A stretch of DNA of 64,000 bases, taken from the NCBI GenBank assembly GCA_963766735.1, contig CAVYBU010000008.1, positions 64,001 through 128,000 on the forward strand. Direction: 5' to 3'. Below the pieces are notes generated by a model. That model did no database searches. It had not been told where the DNA came from and saw nothing but the letters and a program-made list of their open reading frames with translations. The translations under genes and the position numbers were made by a program. This document shows positions 58,038-64,000 of this stretch, piece by piece. How positions within the stretch are numbered: position 1 is the stretch's first letter; each line of letters begins with the position of its first letter. The DNA is from an uncultured Chloroflexia bacterium. GTDB taxonomy: Bacteria; Chloroflexota; Limnocylindria; Limnocylindrales; CSP1-4.

Positions 58038-59456
58038 ATGACCGAGCCCAACGACCAGCCCATCCCGCCGGCCTACCCCGCCGTCGCCTCGGCCCACCCC
58101 GCCGCGCCGGAGCCACCCGCGCCGGAGCCACCCGCGCCGCCCATGGTGCCGACCGCGCCCATCGCATCCATGCCACCCGCGCCCGCCGGGAGCAGGGGTG
58201 TCTCGCGCGGCCTCATCGCGGTGCTTGCGCCCGTTCTGGCGGTCGTCGTCTTCTCCGGCGGCGTGTTCTTCGGACGTGCCAACCTGGGACCGGACGGTGC
58301 TTCTGCAACGTCTTCCCCGGTCTCCTCGGACGAGAGCGCGAACCTCGCGCTGATCGAGGAGGCGTGGCGCGCGATCCAGGACAACTACGTCGACGCCACG
58401 AACCTTGACGACAAGACTCTGGCGTACGGTGCCATCCGGGGCATGACCAACGAGGTCGGCGACGAAGGGCATACGTCGTTCATGACCGGCGCGGAGGTCA
58501 AGGCATCCGACGAGTCCCTGTCCGGCACCTTCACCGGGATCGGTGTCCAGCTGTCCGGGAGCGAGCTTCCGCCCGTGATCGGCGCGGTCATTCCCAATAC
58601 GCCTGCCGAGGAGGCGGGTCTCCTGCGCGGCGACCGGATCCTGGCGGTGGACGGCACCACCACCGACGGCGAGACCATCGACCAGGTCGTTGCCCGGGTT
58701 CGCGGGCCTGACGGCGAGCCGGTCACGCTGACGGTGGGACGGAGCGGCACGGCGGATTTCGACGTCACCATCGTCCGCCGCAAATTCGACCTGCCCCTGG
58801 TCAGCTGGGCCATGGTTCCCGGAAGGAACGTCGCGATGATCCGCCTGGAGCAGTTTGCGACGGGATCCACCAAGGCTCTGAAGGACGCCATCACGAGCGC
58901 GAAGGCGGCCGGCGCGACTGCGCTCATCTTCGATCTGCGGTTCAACCCCGGCGGCTACGTGACCGAGGCGGTGGGCGTCGCCAGCCAGTTCCTGTCCGAG
59001 GGCATCGTCTACCAGTCCCTTGATCGCTCGGGCAAGCACGAGGACGCCGCGATCGAGCCCGGCGGCCTGGCCACGGACATCCCGCTTGTCGTCCTCGCGG
59101 ACGGCGACACGGCAAGCGCCGCCGAGATCGTCACCGGGGCGATCCAGGACGCGGGACGGGGCACGGTCGTGGGCGTCAAGACGTTCGGGACCGGAACCGT
59201 GCTGGGGCGCTTCGACCTGGCCGACGGATCCGCGCTCCGGATCGGCGTCGAGCGCTGGCTCACGCGCAACGGACGGCCGATCTGGCATGAGGGTCTGGAC
59301 CCGGACGTGAAGGTGGAGCTGCCCACGGCCGCAACGGCCGACCCGCTGGTTCCGCTCGTCCCCTACCTCCTGCGCGACATGACAGCGGCGCAGTTGGCGG
59401 CGTCCACGGACACCCAGCTGAAGAAGGCGCTGGAGCTGCTCAAGGGCGACGGCTAG
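58038..59456 (+). CDS. ctpA: S41 carboxy-terminal processing protease (CtpA/Prc-like)
   Basis: TM anchor, PDZ (GIGV, TPAEEAGL), DLRFNPGG, TASAAEI, TFGTGTV, GLDPD. Confidence 0.9.
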   Translation: MTEPNDQPIPPAYPAVASAHPAAPEPPAPEPPAPPMVPTAPIASMPPAPAGSRGVSRGLIAVLAPVLAVVVFSGGVFFGRANLGPDGASATSSPVSSDESANLALIEEAWRAIQDNYVDATNLDDKTLAYGAIRGMTNEVGDEGHTSFMTGAEVKASDESLSGTFTGIGVQLSGSELPPVIGAVIPNTPAEEAGLLRGDRILAVDGTTTDGETIDQVVARVRGPDGEPVTLTVGRSGTADFDVTIVRRKFDLPLVSWAMVPGRNVAMIRLEQFATGSTKALKDAITSAKAAGATALIFDLRFNPGGYVTEAVGVASQFLSEGIVYQSLDRSGKHEDAAIEPGGLATDIPLVVLADGDTASAAEIVTGAIQDAGRGTVVGVKTFGTGTVLGRFDLADGSALRIGVERWLTRNGRPIWHEGLDPDVKVELPTAATADPLVPLVPYLLRDMTAAQLAASTDTQLKKALELLKGDG

Positions 59457-59475
59457 AGAAAAGGTCCGGAAACGA

Positions 59476-59506
59476 GGATGACCGCCGGCGGTGCCGGCGG
59501 TCATCC
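59476..59506. terminator. Hairpin between convergent genes, probable bidirectional terminator
   Basis: GGATGACCGCCGGC-GGT-GCCGGCGGTCATCC, 14-bp perfect stem. Confidence 0.78.
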
Positions 59507-59536
59507 CGCTCTGGGTCAAGGTTTGCGACAGCCGGG

Positions 59537-59746
59537 CTATCCAGCCGCCGTGCGCGAAGCCGCCACGTGGCGGCTCCAATCCGAGGTCCTTCCGTCGGGC
59601 ATCACGGAGCTGCCGGTCCAGCCGCAGACACAGGTCACTTCCTGGTCCCGGTGGCGGTACTCCGCGATCACGTGACGGCGCGGATCCGGCTCACTTGCCG
59701 GACGTCGCGGCGGTAGCCCGTTGCCGGGCCGCCGGACCTCGGTCAT
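59537..59746 (-). CDS. Small hypothetical protein, possible Zn finger (H...CVCGW...WSRH)
   Basis: 69 aa; starts 5 nt after the upstream stop and ends before the terminator hairpin. Confidence 0.6.
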   Translation of the reverse strand: MTEVRRPGNGLPPRRPASEPDPRRHVIAEYRHRDQEVTCVCGWTGSSVMPDGRTSDWSRHVAASRTAAG

Positions 59747-59751
59747 TCAGC

Positions 59752-60117
59752 CTAGGCCCGGCGCTGCGCGAAGCACGCGCTGCAGTAGACGGGCTTGCCG
59801 GAGGTCGGCCGGAACGGGACCTCGGTCTGCTGGCCACAGGCCGAGCAGGTGGCCGCGAACATCTCGCGGGGGCCGCGGGAGCCGCCGCCGGAGCCGTAGC
59901 CGCCGCCGGAGCTGTAGCCGCCGCCGGAGCTGTAGCCGCCGCCGGAGCTGTAGCCGCCGCCGGCGCTGTCGCCGCGCGAGGCCTTGCGGCTTGCGCGGCA
60001 GGACGGGCAGCGGCGGGGCTCGGTGAACCCGCGCTCGGCGAAGAAATCCTGCTCGCTGGCAGTGAAAGTGAAGGACTGGCTGCAGTCAGCACAGCTGAGC
60101 GTCTTATCGACGTTCAT
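59752..60117 (-). CDS. Zinc-ribbon plus CxxC-x17-CxxC domain protein
   Basis: DKTLSCADC..FTFTASEQDFF..RRCPSCR; REMFAATCSACG..VPFRP..KPVYCSACF; GAGGAG RBS. Confidence 0.93.
   Translation of the reverse strand: MNVDKTLSCADCSQSFTFTASEQDFFAERGFTEPRRCPSCRASRKASRGDSAGGGYSSGGGYSSGGGYSSGGGYGSGGGSRGPREMFAATCSACGQQTEVPFRPTSGKPVYCSACFAQRRA
59881..59968 (-). repeat. About 5 x 18-bp tandem repeat encoding a (YSSGGG)n linker
   Basis: GCCGCCGCCGGAGCYGTA repeated on the plus strand. Confidence 0.95.
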
Positions 60118-60644
60118 GAACGGTCCACTCCTCGTGGTGTGTGCGACGGTATCCGCGATCTGCCTCTGCGGAACCCGTGAGGTGGTGGATCGAGTCTGCC
60201 GTGCGATTGCCTGCGCCCATCGATGGGGCGTTTCGGGAGGATACGCCATCGTGCGAATAACGCAAATGGGAGTTGCGGGATGGTTGCGGCCAGGAGCCAC
60301 GTTCGGGGCCTGGCCAGGCCTCCTGGCGCCTCTCGCGGCATGAGGGCACCCCGGCTGCTGGGGGGATAGCGACCGGGGTGCGGGTAGATGCTACGCCGTC
60401 GGAGACGGCCCGGTCATCAGGGCCCTGCAGGCAGCGACGCCGGCTGGCCCCTGCGACTGCGTCCAGGCGGGCGTTCGATGGCGGCACATCCACGGGCAGG
60501 CGTGGGCGATGGGAAGATACGTGCAACAGCGGCCTGAGAGACAGCTCTGTTCTGCGATCATGAATGCCACAACTTGGGGGATCCCAGCAACTCGACCTGC
60601 GCCGGCCGGCGTCCGCCGCGCGCCCGCATAGAGGTGAACTGGTC

Positions 60645-61868
60645 ATGCGAATCCTGGTGGTGGGAGCCGGCGGCGTCGGCACGGCAGCGGTGGCCATCGC
60701 GGCGCGGCGCAGCTTCTTCGAGCACATGGTGGTGGCCGACTACGATCCCGCCCGCGTCGAGCACGCCCTGGCCCAGGTGGCCGGAGATGCCCGCTTCTCC
60801 GGCGCGCGCGTGGACGCCTCGAACGGGGACGCGATGGTCGCGCTCATCCGGGAGCACCGGATCACGCACGTGCTCAACGCCGTGGACCCGCGCTTCGTCA
60901 TGCCGATCTTCGATGCCTGCGCAGAGGCCGGCGTGAACTACATGGACATGGCGATGTCGCTCTCGCACCCCCATCCCGAGCGGCCGTTCGAGGAGAGCGG
61001 CGAGAAGCTGGGCGACCGGCAGTTCGCGAAGGCGGGCGAGTGGGAGGCCGCGGGACGGCTGGCCCTCGTAGGCCTCGGCGTGGAGCCGGGCCTGTCGGAC
61101 ATCTTCGCCCGGTATGCGCAGGATGAGCTGTTCAGCGAGATCGACGAGGCAGGCGTGCGGGACGGCGCCAACCTCACCGTGGACGGCTACGACTTCGCGC
61201 CGTCATTCTCGATCTGGACGACGATCGAAGAGTGCCTCAACCCGCCGGTCATCTGGGAGGAGGGCCGAGGCTGGTACACCACGCCCCCGTTCTCCGAGCC
61301 TGAGACGTTCGAGTTCCCGGAGGGAATCGGGCCCGTCGAGTGCGTGAACGTGGAGCACGAAGAGGTGCTCCTGATCCCGCGCTGGGTGAAGGCCAAGCGC
61401 GTGACGTTCAAGTACGGTCTGGGCGACGAGTTCATCAACGTGCTCAAGGTGCTCCACACTCTCGGCCTGGACAGCACGACCCCGGTCACGGTCAAGGGAG
61501 CGGCCGTCTCGCCGCGGGACGTGGTGGCCGCATGCCTGCCGGATCCGGCGGGTTTGGGCGACCGGATGCACGGCAAGACGTGCGCCGGGACCTGGGTCAC
61601 GGGTCGCGGCAAGGACGGCGCGCGGCGCGCGGTCTACCTCTACCACGTGGTGGACAGCGACTGGTCCTGGCAGGAGTACGGCTCACAGGCGGTGGTCTGG
61701 CAGACGGCGATCAACCCCGTCATCGGACTCGAGCTCCTCGCGCGGGGAACCTGGTCCGGGGCTGGAGTCCTGGGTCCCGAGGCCTTCGCACCGAAGCCGT
61801 TCCTGGACTTGCTGGTGGAGTACGGGTCCCCGTGGGGGATGCGCGAGGAGCCGGTACCGGTCCTATGA
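60645..61868 (+). CDS. Saccharopine dehydrogenase / carboxy(nor)spermidine dehydrogenase-family oxidoreductase
   Basis: LVVGAGGVG, NYMDMA, GVEPGLSD, FAPSFSIWTTIEEC, VEHEEV, GVLGPEAF; GAGGTG RBS. Confidence 0.88.
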   Translation: MRILVVGAGGVGTAAVAIAARRSFFEHMVVADYDPARVEHALAQVAGDARFSGARVDASNGDAMVALIREHRITHVLNAVDPRFVMPIFDACAEAGVNYMDMAMSLSHPHPERPFEESGEKLGDRQFAKAGEWEAAGRLALVGLGVEPGLSDIFARYAQDELFSEIDEAGVRDGANLTVDGYDFAPSFSIWTTIEECLNPPVIWEEGRGWYTTPPFSEPETFEFPEGIGPVECVNVEHEEVLLIPRWVKAKRVTFKYGLGDEFINVLKVLHTLGLDSTTPVTVKGAAVSPRDVVAACLPDPAGLGDRMHGKTCAGTWVTGRGKDGARRAVYLYHVVDSDWSWQEYGSQAVVWQTAINPVIGLELLARGTWSGAGVLGPEAFAPKPFLDLLVEYGSPWGMREEPVPVL

Positions 61869-61911
61869 GGATCTGTTAGGACTCAGGCTCCACCGGGTCC
61901 CATCCGTCCGG

Positions 61912-62868
61912 TCAGATCCCGTCGATCCTCCGCGGAGAGAGGCGAGGGCCGTAGCGCGGCGCCGTGGCGCCGGCGAGTTCAAGCAGCCGGATCACCCGGC
62001 CGCGTTGCCCGCGATACGGCTCCAGCAGTTCCAGCATCCGCTCGTCCGTACCGCGTGGCTCGCCGGCCAGGGCCCACGAAACCATATTCGGGATATGGAA
62101 GTCTCCGACGCTCACCGCGTCCGGGTCCCCGAACGCCCGGATGCCTACCTCGGCTGCCGTCCACGGCCCGATGCCCGGGAACGCCCGCAGCGCGCGGTAC
62201 GCCAGCTCGCGGGCATCCGGGGCCGCCCCCGGGCCGGCCGCCGCCGCGCCCAGGCGCTCGAGCCGTGCCGCGTCCCGGCAGACCGCCCGGACCAGCTCCG
62301 CCCGCCGTCGCTCGAGGCCAAGGGGATGGAACGCGTGGTAGGGGAGAGCAGCGAGGATCTCCGGAGCCGGTGGCAGGCGCAGGCCCGGCGGCCCGGGTGC
62401 GTCCTCGCCGTACGCGCGGGCAAGCCCGCGGAGTGTCCGATGCGCCTCGTCTCCGGTGACCTTCTGGCCCAGGATCGCCGGGACCAGCGCCTCCAGCACG
62501 GCAAGGGTTCGACCGATGCGAAGCCCTGGTGTGCGCCTCGTCGCCGCTGCCACCACCGGGTGGCGCGGGACCAGCGCCGTCGGTTCGTCGTCCAGGCCCA
62601 GGAGCCCCTCCAGGCCGGCGAGCGCCCAGGCGCTGCCGGGTCCCCACGCCCGCGCACGGGCGATCCCTTCACGTGCCTCGATCAACAGCGTGACCGGTCC
62701 GTCCGGGGTCCTGGTCGCCCGCCACGTGGACCCGGAGACCTCGAACCGCATCGACGGGTCGAGGCGGCCTCGGGCGTGGATCTCCAGCGTCCGGCGGAGA
62801 TCGAGGCGCCCGGTCACGTCCACCGTCCGCTCCGCATCCGGCTCGCGCGATCCTGCCTCGCTCATCAC
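61912..62868 (-). CDS. AlkA-like DNA-3-methyladenine glycosylase (HhH-GPD)
   Basis: AILGQKVTG, FPGIGPWTA, GDPDAVSVGDFH, LEPYRGQR. Confidence 0.88.
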   Translation of the reverse strand: MMSEAGSREPDAERTVDVTGRLDLRRTLEIHARGRLDPSMRFEVSGSTWRATRTPDGPVTLLIEAREGIARARAWGPGSAWALAGLEGLLGLDDEPTALVPRHPVVAAATRRTPGLRIGRTLAVLEALVPAILGQKVTGDEAHRTLRGLARAYGEDAPGPPGLRLPPAPEILAALPYHAFHPLGLERRRAELVRAVCRDAARLERLGAAAAGPGAAPDARELAYRALRAFPGIGPWTAAEVGIRAFGDPDAVSVGDFHIPNMVSWALAGEPRGTDERMLELLEPYRGQRGRVIRLLELAGATAPRYGPRLSPRRIDGI

Positions 62869-62992
62869 GGCTGCAGCGTACGCCCGCCGCTCGCCCGGGC
62901 CATCGGCGGGCAGTTGCGGGGCGCATCGACCGCGAGCCGTCCGGTCCCTCCAGGCGGGCCCTTGACGCTCTCGGGTAGCCTACAGATGCATC

Positions 62993-63598
62993 GTGCGTAC
63001 CAGGATCATCGTCGCGATCGCGGCACTCATGGCCGCGTCCGCCCTGGTCGCCGTTCCCGAACCCGCGGGCTCGAGTGCCCCGAGCCCCGCCCGGACGGTT
63101 GATGCGGCGTCGTTGACGGCCGTCTCGATTGCTCTGCCCGCCGGTTCCACGGCGACGGCGATTCTCAACATCAATTCCGCGTCACGCTCGGCCGGTTGGA
63201 TCGGGCCCGATTCGACGTTCCTCGAGCCGGGTCGTGACGCCGCGGCCAAGATCGATCGACCCGCCGTCCGCCAGCCGGCGCCGAAGATCCGGACCATCCT
63301 CAAGAACTACTGGCGGTTCGACGGCAACATCAGCTGGTACGGGCCTGGGTTCTTCGGCAGGGGCACCGCCTGCGGTCACAGGTACACGAAGACGATCCTT
63401 GGGGTCGCCCACAGGACGCTGCCGTGCGGCACGCTCGTCACGTTCCGCAACCCCTCCAACGGCCGCCAGATCACAGTTCCGGTCATCGATCGCGGACCGT
63501 ACGTCAGGGGCCGCCAGTGGGACATGTCCAGGGGCCTGTGCGCCTACCTCGATCACTGCTACACAGGGTCGATCATGTGGCGTTTCGGCAAGCGCTAG
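62993..63598 (+). CDS. RlpA-like lytic transglycosylase (DPBB), secreted
   Basis: Signal peptide; SWYGPGFFGRGTACG, AHRTLPCGT, VIDRGPY, WDMS. Confidence 0.9.
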   Translation: MRTRIIVAIAALMAASALVAVPEPAGSSAPSPARTVDAASLTAVSIALPAGSTATAILNINSASRSAGWIGPDSTFLEPGRDAAAKIDRPAVRQPAPKIRTILKNYWRFDGNISWYGPGFFGRGTACGHRYTKTILGVAHRTLPCGTLVTFRNPSNGRQITVPVIDRGPYVRGRQWDMSRGLCAYLDHCYTGSIMWRFGKR

Positions 63599-63645
63599 GG
63601 CGGCTGGCCCCGTCGCGCCAAGGGCGGCTGGCCCCCGTCGCGCCA
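63597..63645 (+). repeat. 2 x 24/25-bp intergenic tandem duplication
   Basis: AGGGCGGCTGGCCCC(C)GTCGCGCCA twice, differing only in C-run length. Confidence 0.85.
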
Positions 63646-63688
63646 CCGGCCAGCCAGCGAGCGACCAGCCGGGGCACCACCACCGGGA

Positions 63689-64000
63689 TCAGGGATGGGG
63701 ACTGCCGCTCACCAGTAGCTGGCGGAGGACATGGCCACCGGCAAGGTCGTCAAGCGCCTCGCGTGCTTCTTCCAGCGGGCGGCGGGCTGACACCAGAGAC
63801 TCAAGATCCAGGCTGCCGTCCATGAACAGGTCCACGAGTCGCGGGAAGTCCACGGCCGCGTTCACCGAGCCGTAGTTGGAGCCCAGGATCCGCCGGTCGG
63901 CCTCCGCGAGCGCCAGCGGCTCGAACGTTGCCTTCCGACCGGTCGGCGGCAGCCCGACGATCACCGCCGCTCCGCCGAGGCCGATCGCCCCGATGGCCTG
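63689..64000 (-). CDS. Zn-dependent alcohol dehydrogenase (MDR), C-terminal part; start outside window
   Basis: GGAAVIVGLPP, RILGSNYGS..AAVDFPRLVDLFMDGSLDLESLVS..PLEEA. Confidence 0.85.
   Translation of the reverse strand, partial: QAIGAIGLGGAAVIVGLPPTGRKATFEPLALAEADRRILGSNYGSVNAAVDFPRLVDLFMDGSLDLESLVSARRPLEEAREALDDLAGGHVLRQLLVSGSPHP

Noticed and set aside
60270-60644. Lysine or other riboswitch upstream of the saccharopine dehydrogenase-like gene
   Set aside because: No recognisable aptamer consensus by eye; an Rfam scan would be needed to exclude it fully
62869-62992. c-di-AMP (ydaO) riboswitch upstream of the RlpA-like gene
   Set aside because: Region is short, holds divergent promoters and lacks recognisable consensus
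1-64000. tRNA, rRNA, prophage, IS elements, integrases
   Set aside because: No T-loop/acceptor-stem patterns, rRNA signatures, recombinase or transposase motifs, or extended GC shifts were seen

Overview
A very GC-rich (visually about 70% or more) bacterial chromosomal segment with roughly 65 genes. I found no rRNA, tRNA, CRISPR array, integrase or transposase. The gene content suggests a monoderm soil or sediment organism, most plausibly a high-GC Chloroflexota or an Actinomycetota (inference from F420-dependent enzymes, actinobacterial-type ClpS plus DUF2017, a MacAB-like exporter without TolC, and a CxxC-x17-CxxC protein). Left part (1-16 kb): envelope and proteostasis genes, including a MacAB-like ABC exporter, HtrA, SPFH, MoxR-DUF58-VWA, CPBP protease and ClpS. 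Centre (16.3-37.7 kb): a large amino-sugar or glycoside catabolic locus with three Gfo/Idh/MocA dehydrogenases, a TIM-barrel isomerase/epimerase, DeoC, a CUT2 ABC importer, two ROK enzymes (one atypical), a UroD/MtaA-fold protein, NagA, NagB, an SIS deaminase, an internally deleted SIS pseudogene, and ROK and GntR regulators with candidate operators in the divergent promoter. This locus is the best candidate for an undescribed pathway. Right part: an AraC-linked flavin/Fe-S ene-reductase, PEPCK, amidase, MOSC, a DUF59 module with an IscR-like box, a Gly/Met-rich two-component module with 11-bp-phased repeats, OsmC, MmuM, CtpA, zinc-ribbon proteins, a saccharopine dehydrogenase-like enzyme, AlkA and RlpA. 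Other signals are a candidate Cys-containing leader peptide upstream of an EamA exporter, several leaderless-type promoters, and two single-base homopolymer frameshifts that may be sequencing errors. All family calls come from motif recognition, not database searches.
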